Shown: in pieces, positions 38,824 to 47,313 of the stretch
How the letters are laid out: each line of letters begins with the position of its first letter
Numbering within the stretch: the first letter of the stretch is position 1
Assembly: GCA_028705495.1 (NCBI GenBank)
Contig: JAQWDK010000001.1
Span: forward strand, 159,228 to 223,227
DNA length: 64,000 nt
Source: Eubacteriales bacterium
GTDB taxonomy: Bacteria > Bacillota > Clostridia > Oscillospirales > CAG-382
Direction of reading: 5' to 3'
Position numbers and translations under genes: made by a program
Notes under the pieces: model-generated
What the model was told of the DNA's origin: nothing
Databases searched by the model: none
What the model saw: the letters and a program-made list of their open reading frames with translations, nothing else

Positions 38824-39787
38824 CCCATTTATTTATTGCCTTTTTTTCATCTTTCTCAGTGATTTCTGCATTTGACGCTTCACAAGCTTTCTCATAATCT
38901 GTTTGTGCCTTGGCTTTTATCGCATATCTATCGAGAATCTCAAGTGTGTTAATGTCTCCTTGAATTTCTTTCATATCATAAACCGATGCAGTAATATGAT
39001 CGGCAATGTATTTCAAGGTTTCCTTGAATCTAAGATCGATCCACTTGTTTAATTCAACTTGAGCATCTGCATAGTTTATAATTATCGTTTCTAGAAGGTA
39101 TGAAGGAATTGTTTTTGCGTTTTTTACTTTGTTCCATTTCTTGCAAAGACGAATTAATTCTAACAACCGACCATCTTTACTTTGGTTTGTACTAGTAATA
39201 TGAGCTTTATCTTTATCGGGGGCAGTTTTCATCCAATTTCCACTACCATTAGGAATAAGATAATACTCTCTACCGTCACTTTCAGCTACAGTATGAAAAC
39301 ATGGAACTATATCAAAAGACCAATCATATGATTTCAAGTTTAGTATAATTGCTTCGCCGTTTCTTCTGATTTCAGAACGTGAATATTCACGTACATTTTC
39401 CAGCTTCTTCTTAAACCTGTTTGCAACTGCTATACTATTTAAAGTTCCATCGCTTCGAGTGCAATCTTTTTGTGCCACATTTGTAGTACTCGCAGTAATT
39501 CTCACATCGTTCCATATATCGTAAGAATTATAAGTTCCTCCATTAGCAGCAATTCCGATCATCAGGTCAATATCGTCAAGTTCTCTACATTTTGTTTTCC
39601 TTGCGAAGGAACCAAAATGCACATTAAAGCCATCATACAAATCGAAGAAGCCATCCTTATCATCAAATTCTGATATATTGTCAAGCAAATTGTCCCTACT
39701 ATCCCTTGCTGCAGATACTACAGTCGTGTCAAGATTTACGACATCACACATAAATTCACAAAATGCATTATTTACTGTTTTTGCCAC
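38786..39787 (-). CDS. SMODS/CD-NTase-like nucleotidyltransferase
   Basis: Pol-beta NTase signature HFGSFARKTKCRELDDIDLMIG (GS...DxD), third acidic WSFDIVPCF, and LIRLCKKWNK...IPSYLLETIIINY helical region typical of cGAS/DncV-like enzymes. Confidence 0.7.
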   Translation of the reverse strand: MAKTVNNAFCEFMCDVVNLDTTVVSAARDSRDNLLDNISEFDDKDGFFDLYDGFNVHFGSFARKTKCRELDDIDLMIGIAANGGTYNSYDIWNDVRITASTTNVAQKDCTRSDGTLNSIAVANRFKKKLENVREYSRSEIRRNGEAIILNLKSYDWSFDIVPCFHTVAESDGREYYLIPNGSGNWMKTAPDKDKAHITSTNQSKDGRLLELIRLCKKWNKVKNAKTIPSYLLETIIINYADAQVELNKWIDLRFKETLKYIADHITASVYDMKEIQGDINTLEILDRYAIKAKAQTDYEKACEASNAEITEKDEKKAINKWGEILGSDFPKYE

Positions 39788-40205
39788 TCGTATTACCTCC
39801 TAAAACTTTTCATTATTGCTATAACAAGCACTTTATTTCAATTAAAGTAAGTATAACACATAATTACATATATCGACAATAGTTAATATGCATTAAAATT
39901 CATGCAAATAATTGTATATATTTACAGTAAAACATTACATACTTAACATTATTACACTCTGATACAGAATGTATTTGATTTGTTTAATGATGATGGAAAT
40001 TTGATATAAATTAACGACATTAAAATTTTAATTTGATGCGTTGGAGAGTGAAATTAATAATAACTAAATATTTTTTGTCTGTCTTCTTGACAGAGAGTAA
40101 AATCACCTTTGGTAGCTTTTATTATGTTTAATTATATAATAAAAAATGCATAAATGCTTGATTTTCACCACATAATATAATATAATGATATTAAGAGGTG
40201 AAAAT

Positions 40206-40787
40206 ATGATAAAGACAACTGCAATTTTATTGGAAGAATTAAAGCAATATGCAAATCCGGCAAGCAAACTATCTCGTATGGTTAAAAATGGCGAATATAT
40301 TCAAATAGTAAAAGGTCTGTATGAAACAGATCCTACTACTCCCGAATATCTGCTTGCTGGAAGCATTTATGGCCCCTCATATTTATCTTTTGAATTTGCG
40401 TTAGCCTATCATAGTATGATCCCGGAGGCGGTATATACTTTTACTTCTGCGACCTACGATAAGAAAAAAAAGAAAAAGTATGAAACACCCTTTGGCACCT
40501 TCACATACAGAGATGTACCAGCTGAGGTTTATTCGCTTGGTGTATTAATAGTTCGTGATGGCGATTACTCATATCAGATTGCATCGCCGGAAAAAGCGTT
40601 ATGTGACACACTTTACACAAAAAATCCAGTTGCTAACCAAAAGGAGCTGCAAAGCCTTTTATTTGAAGATATGCGAATTGACGAAATCGAATTTAGTAAA
40701 TTGAAGCTTGAAGATATTTTATTGCTGGAACAAAGGTACCGTAGCACTAATGTCCAAAAACTATGCAAACTGATGCGGAGGCTCTGA
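40206..40787 (+). CDS. abiEi: AbiEi-family type IV antitoxin
   Basis: The N-terminal wHTH-like segment LLEELKQYANPASKLSRMVKNGEYIQIVKGLYE lies immediately upstream of AbiEii. ATG 40206 follows AGAGGTGA. Confidence 0.7.
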   Translation: MIKTTAILLEELKQYANPASKLSRMVKNGEYIQIVKGLYETDPTTPEYLLAGSIYGPSYLSFEFALAYHSMIPEAVYTFTSATYDKKKKKKYETPFGTFTYRDVPAEVYSLGVLIVRDGDYSYQIASPEKALCDTLYTKNPVANQKELQSLLFEDMRIDEIEFSKLKLEDILLLEQRYRSTNVQKLCKLMRRL

Positions 40788-40788
40788 T

Positions 40789-41652
40789 ATGAATACTATA
40801 ATCGAACAAATGCTAAAATCATATAATACACAAAACTTGTATGATAAAAAGAATACCATGAAGGAAGTCATGCAAGAAATTGTTCTTTGTGGTCTGAGTC
40901 GAGCAGGATTTTTCAAAAAAGCTGCTTTTTATGGTGGTACTGCGCTTCGGGTGTTTCATGGGCTTGATCGTTTTTCCGAAGACCTTGATTTTTCGCTTGT
41001 AAAAGTTGACGAAATTTTTAATATAAAGGAATATTTTCCGACCCTCGAAAGAGAAGTAAATGCATATGGGCTTAACATGACAATAACCGAGAAAGAAAAA
41101 ACGAAGGAAACTAATATTCAATCAGCTTTTCTAAAAGGAAATACAAAAGAACATCTGCTTATGTTTTATTCAGATAGTGCTATACCAGGCGTGGCAGTAA
41201 ATGATGCAATAAAAATTAAGTTTGAGGTTGATATAAATCCACCAGATTTCGCAACGTTTGAACATAAATATCGGTTGTTACCCGTACCTTATGAAATTAA
41301 GCTTTATGATGTTCCAGCATTATTTGCAGGTAAGATTCACGCAGTTATCTGTAGAGCATGGCAGAATCGCATTAAGGGAAGAGACCTTTACGATTATATT
41401 TTTTATCTTTCGCGTAAGGCTGCTGTTAATCAAAAACACTTGAGGGAGAGATTGTTACAGTCCGGCTTTATCACTAATGAAACAGTGTGCTCGTTAGATG
41501 AAATAAAAGAAATGCTTTTCAAAAGGTTTAACTCCATAGATTATGAACAAGCAAAAAGTGATGTAGAGCCGTTTATTCGCGATACATCTGTGTTAAATGT
41601 TTGGAGTGCTGAGTTTTTTAAACAAATAACAAATGCCTTAACCTCGAAGTAA
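40789..41652 (+). CDS. abiEii: AbiEii/AbiGii nucleotidyltransferase toxin
   Basis: AFYGGTALRVFHGLDRFSEDLDFSL is the hallmark of this family (DUF1814). Confidence 0.85.
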   Translation: MNTIIEQMLKSYNTQNLYDKKNTMKEVMQEIVLCGLSRAGFFKKAAFYGGTALRVFHGLDRFSEDLDFSLVKVDEIFNIKEYFPTLEREVNAYGLNMTITEKEKTKETNIQSAFLKGNTKEHLLMFYSDSAIPGVAVNDAIKIKFEVDINPPDFATFEHKYRLLPVPYEIKLYDVPALFAGKIHAVICRAWQNRIKGRDLYDYIFYLSRKAAVNQKHLRERLLQSGFITNETVCSLDEIKEMLFKRFNSIDYEQAKSDVEPFIRDTSVLNVWSAEFFKQITNALTSK

Positions 41653-41794
41653 TTGCACATTTGGATTTGATAAGAAATGTAAATTGTAAAAAGTAATAAC
41701 CTTCTGTTCTTCATCAGTAAGTTTCCTAAAACAAAAAGCTGTATAAGCTTATGACTATTAAACCCGACGAGTAAAAATCATAGAGCAGAACGCA

Positions 41795-42049
41795 TTAATC
41801 GTTCTGCTCTATCTCAAGTCCCGCAAAAAATTCATCAAATTGACAGTTATAGATTTCCTTCAACGCTAATATTACACTAACTTTAACATTCAGTTCTCCG
41901 GCTTCATATTTCGCATAAGCGCTTCTTGCTATATCACAACCTCTTCGCTGCAGCTCAGCACAAAGCTTTTCCTGAGAAAGACCGTTTTTAATGCGCAGAT
42001 CACGTAGATTATCACCAATGATACGGTCTTGCCTTATTTTCTGTATCAT
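41795..42049 (-). CDS. XRE-family HTH regulator
   Basis: LRDLRIKNGLSQEKLCAELQRRGCDIARSAYAKYEAG. ATG 42049 follows AAGGAG, so it is shorter than the track ORF. Confidence 0.8.
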   Translation of the reverse strand: MIQKIRQDRIIGDNLRDLRIKNGLSQEKLCAELQRRGCDIARSAYAKYEAGELNVKVSVILALKEIYNCQFDEFFAGLEIEQND

Positions 42050-42065
42050 ATATTTTAGCTCCTTG

Positions 42066-42138
42066 TTGACCAGTATTGGTTGCAACTTCTAATATTATAT
42101 GGTATAATCGAGCAAAATATTGACCGCTATATTGGTCA
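42066..42138. promoter_or_regulatory. Divergent promoter region with repeated TTGACC...TTGGT motifs
   Basis: TTGACCagtaTTGGT (42066-42080) and TTGACCgctataTTGGTCA (42120-42138; TGACC/GGTCA inverted repeat) flank a TATAAT at 42103-42108. Confidence 0.3.
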
Positions 42139-42159
42139 GAATCAAAGGAGGCACTTATT

Positions 42160-42393
42160 ATGATAAGAAAAATTGATGAATTAGGCAGAATTGTTCTTCC
42201 GGCGGAAATGAGAACTAAGCTTCATTTAGAAAAAGAGGATGCAGTAAACATTGATTGTGTTGATGATAAAATTATTTTATCCAAAGCAAAAGCAACTTGT
42301 GTCATCTGTCATTCATCAGAAAATGAACTGCTTTCAGTAGATCATGAGCTTGTTTGTTCTGAATGCATTCAAAAAATAAAATCATTATGGTAA
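42160..42393 (+). CDS. AbrB/MazE/SpoVT-type DNA-binding protein with C-terminal zinc ribbon
   Basis: IDELGRIVLPAEMRTKLHL is the swapped-hairpin motif. The C-terminus is CVICHS...CSECIQ. Confidence 0.75.
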   Translation: MIRKIDELGRIVLPAEMRTKLHLEKEDAVNIDCVDDKIILSKAKATCVICHSSENELLSVDHELVCSECIQKIKSLW

Positions 42394-42399
42394 AAATAA

Positions 42400-42437
42400 G
42401 AAGCAAGACTGTAGCGATAGTCTTGCTTCTTGTTTGT
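42400..42437 (+). terminator. Rho-independent terminator
   Basis: gaagcaagact (42400-42410) / agtcttgcttc (42419-42429), followed by ttgtttgtg. Confidence 0.55.
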
Positions 42438-42668
42438 GCGCTCAGCATGATATGAATAAATGCAGTAGCTTCCGCTTTTTATTAATTCGGAGTTTTAACA
42501 CCGCTTACTCTCATAACTATCATTTTTCTATAAATTTTTATAAGGTTTCTTATAAGTGTAAACACATACCACTATTTCGTCAAAAATATTCAGAAGTATC
42601 AATATAATTACCAATAAAGTAGTATTAACAAAGTGCGTATAATTGCCGTACCTTTTTTATAATAACCT

Positions 42669-42697
42669 ATTGACAAGGAACGCATGTTCGTGTATAA
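42669..42697 (+). promoter_or_regulatory. Sigma-A type promoter of LexA-like gene
   Basis: TTGACA (42669-42674), a 17-nt spacer, then TATAAT (42692-42697). Confidence 0.6.
42677..42688. promoter_or_regulatory. LexA (Cheo/SOS) box inside promoter spacer
   Basis: gGAACgcatGTTCg is a perfect GAAC-N4-GTTC between the -35 and -10, which is the geometry expected for autoregulation. Confidence 0.65.
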
Positions 42698-42740
42698 TGT
42701 GAATGAACTTAATGTTCAAGTATTACTGAGAGGTGCTTAA

Positions 42741-43385
42741 ATGCGTATTATCGATGAAGATAGATTAAAGAATACACTCGACTTTATTCTTGACTATCAA
42801 AAGACAGAAGGGAAGACGCCGACTTATCGTCAAATTCAACATAGTTGTAACTATACTTCATTAGGTACAGTTGCGGCAGATGTTGCAAGGTTGAAAAAGC
42901 GTAATCTTATCGATTCGGATAGTAGCACCGGCTGGAACAGTATCAAAATTCCATCACAGCTTGCTTCAGGTAATACCCACAATACATTGGTTGTTGGTTC
43001 CGTCCGGTGTGGCGAACCTTCGCATGCACTTGAAAACATCGAAGCATCTGTTGCACTACCTGATGCTATTTTCGGATGCGCTGACCATGTTATCCTCCAC
43101 GCTGTAGGCCCCAGCATGATAAAACGTGGTATATTCGATGGTGATCTGCTTGTTGTCAGGCGGCAATGTGTTGCTGAGTTTGGACAGACAGTTATAGCAA
43201 TACTTGATGGTGACTCCACTTGCAAGATATATGCTTCAAGAAATGGGGTCCCCTTTTTGAAAGCTGCGAATGATACTGTAGATAACCGTGGAAAGCGAGT
43301 TTATGATGTACATCCTAAAACCGAATGGACTATTTACGGTGTTGTGGATTTCGTTATACACGCTCCTGTTCGAGACGAACTTTAA
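42741..43385 (+). CDS. LexA-like S24 self-cleaving repressor
   Basis: N-terminal wHTH (TPTYRQIQHSCNYTSLGTVAADVARLKKRNLI); cleavage-site region VRCGEP (Cys-Gly instead of Ala-Gly); Ser GPSMIKRGI; Lys TCKIY. Confidence 0.85.
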   Translation: MRIIDEDRLKNTLDFILDYQKTEGKTPTYRQIQHSCNYTSLGTVAADVARLKKRNLIDSDSSTGWNSIKIPSQLASGNTHNTLVVGSVRCGEPSHALENIEASVALPDAIFGCADHVILHAVGPSMIKRGIFDGDLLVVRRQCVAEFGQTVIAILDGDSTCKIYASRNGVPFLKAANDTVDNRGKRVYDVHPKTEWTIYGVVDFVIHAPVRDEL

Positions 43386-43417
43386 GATTTATATTTATGG
43401 TGAGGGGAGAATTATAA

Positions 43418-43642
43418 TTGAAATGGATTCCGATTAAAGAAAGATTGCCGGAACCAAATGAGCAGTTAATTGTCAGTTACAATAACGGAAGAATAAACAT
43501 TCTTATTCAATGGTGGGCAGATGGTCAGAAGCCAATCTATTCAAATTGGGATGATGATTCGGACAAGTACCCTGTGATTACAGTGACAGCGTGGATGCCC
43601 TTAATAGAACCATATATCGAAAGCGGAGCCTCCAGCTTATAA
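43418..43642 (+). CDS. DUF551-like phage-type small protein
   Basis: KWIPIKERLPEPNEQLIV...VTAWMPL matches the DUF551 pattern common in phages. TTG start. Confidence 0.55.
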   Translation: MKWIPIKERLPEPNEQLIVSYNNGRINILIQWWADGQKPIYSNWDDDSDKYPVITVTAWMPLIEPYIESGASSL

Positions 43643-43661
43643 ACCGAAAGGATGGCATTGC

Positions 43662-43853
43662 ATGGAAAATTGCATGGTTCACACCCCAGAAGCACACATA
43701 GCAGTCGCAGAAGTGTATGCAGATAACGGGGTTGTGTTTATGAAATTTAAAAAGCCAAAATCACAACTTTACGAAGTGATGACATTAGATAGCTTTCTTG
43801 CACAAGTTTATCAGACATTAGAAAAATCATATTACGAGCGATCACTCAGATGA
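43662..43853 (+). CDS. Hypothetical small protein
   Basis: A 63-aa ORF followed by a strong terminator. Confidence 0.4.
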   Translation: MENCMVHTPEAHIAVAEVYADNGVVFMKFKKPKSQLYEVMTLDSFLAQVYQTLEKSYYERSLR

Positions 43854-43943
43854 GTAGAGAGTCCGAACGATTGTTGCGAGACTCTCACTGCTGATAGATA
43901 ACATAAGAATTATTACTCAAAACGAGCCAAACCAAGCGAGTTT

Positions 43944-43996
43944 AGCCGGGAGAGTTCTATAGGTTAGTTAACCTATGGAATTCCCCGGCTTTTATT
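43944..43996 (+). terminator. Rho-independent terminator
   Basis: Long stem agccgggagagttctataggtta / taacctatggaattccccggct, then ttttatt. Confidence 0.6.
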
Positions 43997-44018
43997 ATGT
44001 TGAAAGGAATTTAAAATT

Positions 44019-44216
44019 ATGGATGTTAAGAAGAGCTGTGATATCAGCAGTATAAGAATTGATCTATCAGAAGACGAATTACACGATGCTTGTCGGGTTT
44101 ATAATACAATTAGAACAATAACACGAGCAGGATTCGATGCTGAAATAAAGCAGGTTAAAGGAACGTTGAAAATTTTAGCGGTAAAGAAAAGTATAGCCAA
44201 AGAGATTAAAATATAA
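44019..44216 (+). CDS. Hypothetical small protein
   Basis: A 65-aa ORF followed by a strong terminator. Confidence 0.4.
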   Translation: MDVKKSCDISSIRIDLSEDELHDACRVYNTIRTITRAGFDAEIKQVKGTLKILAVKKSIAKEIKI

Positions 44217-44253
44217 TATTTCCACTGATGAATTGGCATTGGTGAAGAACCAA

Positions 44254-44305
44254 GAGGGGTTAGTAAGTTGCAACAACGCAACTTACTAACCCCTTTCTTT
44301 TATTT
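44254..44305 (+). terminator. Rho-independent terminator
   Basis: aggggttagtaagttgc-aacaa-cgcaacttactaacccct, followed by ttcttttattt. Confidence 0.7.
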
Positions 44306-44607
44306 ATAAACAAATATCAAACCTGAATGCATGCGGGCAAAGGATATTTCACAAACAGACACTTGCAAATTAGAAGCAAGTTATGTTTTTGGATACCCTC
44401 AGTTTCGTGTGCCCATTTTCAGGCTAGAGAACTGTGCGTATCTCTATACTAGGTCTGTTTTTTGTGTCGAACCTTTGCTCATGTATCGGGAGACAGGAAC
44501 CCCGATGAAAATTATGTGGCAATGCTATTTTGCTAAATACCCCTAACTCCATTTGACTTTTCAAAAGCGAACATCATTGAAATTTCAATATTTAAGGAGT
44601 TAAAGAC

Positions 44608-45087
44608 ATGAGTTGGAACTACACAACTGAAAGAAATAAGTTTGAAAGAGAATGGGTGAAAAACGAAGCTATTTATCGGAAAGAAGGAATGAGCGATGAT
44701 CAGATAGCTGAGATAAGGTTATTTGACGAAAAAATATTTAACAGCAATCGGACGTATGCAAGACATGTTCAATCGCTTACATCTTCCGATTTTGAAAAAA
44801 GAATAAGTGATGATGTTGAAAGCACATTGCTAGATCAATTTAAAAACAAGTTATCTGTCACGATAGATGACGATTATCGAAGCTTTTCACGATATTGGTG
44901 GATTGAAGAAATTGAAAATGAAAAACTTGCGAAACAGATAAAACACATGAACAAGAAAGATATTGAAATTCTCACCTTAATAGTCGTGGACGAGAAAACG
45001 CATAAAGAAATTGCTTCGATGTTGGGTATCAGCGTAAGAACAATTGAACGCAAGCAGGCAGCTTTCAGAAAAATTTTGACTTTCTAA
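44608..45087 (+). CDS. Sigma-70 region-4-like HTH protein (mobile-element regulator type)
   Basis: C-terminal DIEILTLIVVDEKTHKEIASMLGISVRTIERKQAAFRKIL. Confidence 0.6.
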   Translation: MSWNYTTERNKFEREWVKNEAIYRKEGMSDDQIAEIRLFDEKIFNSNRTYARHVQSLTSSDFEKRISDDVESTLLDQFKNKLSVTIDDDYRSFSRYWWIEEIENEKLAKQIKHMNKKDIEILTLIVVDEKTHKEIASMLGISVRTIERKQAAFRKILTF

Positions 45088-45450
45088 AAAAAGTTTGAAA
45101 AACGTGTCGGGTTTTTGCCATTCTCGTTGCCTACCAATTGAGGATATAAAATTTCCCGAATACATTGACAACTAAATATACATTCAACAAGTACATTACT
45201 TGTGTTTGGAGAAATCCAAAGCTGTTATTGTAAGCGCGCCAGGACTCCATTTGGACGAGCGATTAAGCTTATACAATGAAAACCAAATTGCTTTTGGTGG
45301 TGGCGATGATAAACGCAAGGGATAATGATACTTCTCTACGGAGCTGGCGGAGAACCCGGCAGAGGTGAAAGTCCTATGAGTTCGATTAGCAGTCGAACGC
45401 TTGTTGATTTCCTTTTATGCATTTGGGGGACGTGGTCGAATTAAGTGCAA

Positions 45451-45486
45451 CCATCTAAGCACAAGATGATTCTTGTGTTTAGATGG
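45451..45486. promoter_or_regulatory. 16-bp inverted repeat upstream of parA
   Basis: ccatctaagcacaaga-tgat-tcttgtgtttagatgg has 16 pairs with one G-T. It ends 24 nt before the AGGAGG of parA. Confidence 0.35.
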
Positions 45487-45522
45487 ATCGTAAGATTCAA
45501 ATTTGACGAAAGGAGGAAACCG

Positions 45523-46350
45523 ATGAGCAAATGCAAGGTGATTGCCATTGCAAACCAAAAAGGTGGTGTAGGAAAAACTACTACAGCGATGAACTTAGGT
45601 GTTGGATTGAGTAAGAAAGGAAAACGAGTTCTTCTTGTCGATGCCGATCCACAGGGTAGTTTGTCTATCAGTCTCGGAATTAAAAATCCTGACAATCTCG
45701 ATGTAACATTATCTACTGTGCTTCAGGATAATATGAACGAAACTGAAAATCAAGCCGAATACGGAATTATTCATCAATCTGAGGGAGTCGATTTATTACC
45801 AGCTAATATCGAACTCTCTGCTTTTGAGGTAGGACTGATTAATTCGATGAGTCGTGAGTACGTGATGAAAAATTATTTATCTAGCATCAAAAAGAACTAC
45901 GACTATGTTTTAATTGATTGTATGCCTTCCCTTGGTGTAGTGACAATCAACACTCTTGTAGCAGCCGACTCAGTTATCATTCCATCACAACCAAGCTTTT
46001 TATCTACCAAAGGTATTAACCAGCTTGTACGCTCGATTGCGAGGGTAAGAAAACAAATTAATCCGAACTTACAGATTGACGGAGTTCTTTTTACAATGGT
46101 AGACAGTAGAACTATTAATGCGAAATCTATCATTTCTTCAATGAGGACTTCCGGTTATCCCATTCGGGTTTTTGAGTCGGAAATACCGAAGTCGGTAAAA
46201 GCGGCTGAGAGTAATCTTGAAGGAAAAAGTATCTTTTCTCACAACAAAGACGGTAAAGTTGCGGTAGCTTACGAAGCGTTAACAAAGGAGGTGTTAGGAC
46301 TTGACGAGCGCCAAAGAGATCGAGTTAGGACTTCGGGATGCGTTAGATGA
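45523..46350 (+). CDS. parA: ParA/Soj-family partition ATPase
   Basis: KVIAIANQKGGVGKTTT is the deviant Walker A. ATG 45523 follows AGGAGG; the track start at 45445 is upstream of the RBS. Confidence 0.9.
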   Translation: MSKCKVIAIANQKGGVGKTTTAMNLGVGLSKKGKRVLLVDADPQGSLSISLGIKNPDNLDVTLSTVLQDNMNETENQAEYGIIHQSEGVDLLPANIELSAFEVGLINSMSREYVMKNYLSSIKKNYDYVLIDCMPSLGVVTINTLVAADSVIIPSQPSFLSTKGINQLVRSIARVRKQINPNLQIDGVLFTMVDSRTINAKSIISSMRTSGYPIRVFESEIPKSVKAAESNLEGKSIFSHNKDGKVAVAYEALTKEVLGLDERQRDRVRTSGCVR

Positions 46351-47251
46351 ACTCTTTATGGATGATGCTGGTAAAAAAGAGAGCCGGCTTCCAAAAATCT
46401 ACGACATCTCATTAAACGAAATTGATGACTTTCCCGATCATCCATTTAAAGTACGGCTTGATGAAGATATGGAGCATTTGGTGGAAAGCATTAAAGAGCG
46501 AGGTCTTATCACCCCTATCACACTGCGTAAAAAAGAGGACGGACGATATGAAATTGTATCGGGACATCGCCGCAGAAAAGCGTGTGAGATTGCAGGACTT
46601 CAAACGGTAAGAGCAGAAATCAAGGAGCTTAACCGTGATGATGCTATTATATTAATGGTTGAAAGCAACTTGCAGAGGTCTGTTATATTGCCCAGTGAAA
46701 AAGCATATGCGTATAAAATGCGACTCGATGCCATGAAACGACAAGGGCAGCGAACAGATTTAACTTCTTCTCCACTGGATAATAAGTTAAAAGGCGTTAC
46801 TGTTGCGCAGAAGATCGGTGACGAAACTGGTGATAGTCAACCACAAATCTATCGTTATGTTCGCTTGACAAATCTTGTTCCTGAGATATTGGATTTAGTT
46901 GACGAGGGCAAAATTGCACTTCGGCCTGCTGTGGAACTGTCATATCTCAAAGAAGAAGAACAGACAGCTGTTGTTGAAGCGATTAAGTGCGATGATTGCA
47001 CGCCATCACACGCACAGACCATTAAAATGAGGAAGTTTTCATCGGATGGCAGGCTCTCGGAAGATGTAATTGATTCAATTATGAGTGAGCAGAAGCCGAA
47101 TCAGTTTGAAAAGATCAGCTTCAAATATGACAACATACGAAAATTTATACCGCTTTCTATACCGTACAAAGATACCGAGCAATATATCCTAAAAGCTCTC
47201 GAACACTACCAGCGATACAGAGAGCGTCGGAAGAACGAGCAGACAAGATAA
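46301..47251 (+). CDS. parB: ParB/Spo0J-family protein
   Basis: ITPITLRKKEDGRYEIVSGHRRRKACEIAGL (the GxRR box) plus an HTH region. It overlaps the end of parA. Confidence 0.85.
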   Translation: MTSAKEIELGLRDALDELFMDDAGKKESRLPKIYDISLNEIDDFPDHPFKVRLDEDMEHLVESIKERGLITPITLRKKEDGRYEIVSGHRRRKACEIAGLQTVRAEIKELNRDDAIILMVESNLQRSVILPSEKAYAYKMRLDAMKRQGQRTDLTSSPLDNKLKGVTVAQKIGDETGDSQPQIYRYVRLTNLVPEILDLVDEGKIALRPAVELSYLKEEEQTAVVEAIKCDDCTPSHAQTIKMRKFSSDGRLSEDVIDSIMSEQKPNQFEKISFKYDNIRKFIPLSIPYKDTEQYILKALEHYQRYRERRKNEQTR

Positions 47252-47313
47252 TTTGTTTGCTCTGTTTTATTTATAAAACAAAATACAAATAAAAAACAAA
47301 GGAAATTTTATCA

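Noticed and set aside
42704-42716. A second SOS-like box, GAACttaatGTTC, downstream of the LexA-like promoter.
   Set aside because: The spacer is 5 nt, not 4. It could be a weak auxiliary site but does not meet the GAAC-N4-GTTC definition.
45340-45445. The 'gaggtgaaagtcc' string resembles the RNase P RNA CR-I (GAGGAAAGUCC), and 'gggggacgtggtcgaatt' resembles a tmRNA 5' end.
   Set aside because: They are isolated short resemblances. The other conserved cores (RNase P CR-II to CR-V; the tmRNA tag ORF and 3' CCA stem) are absent, and the available non-coding space is too small.
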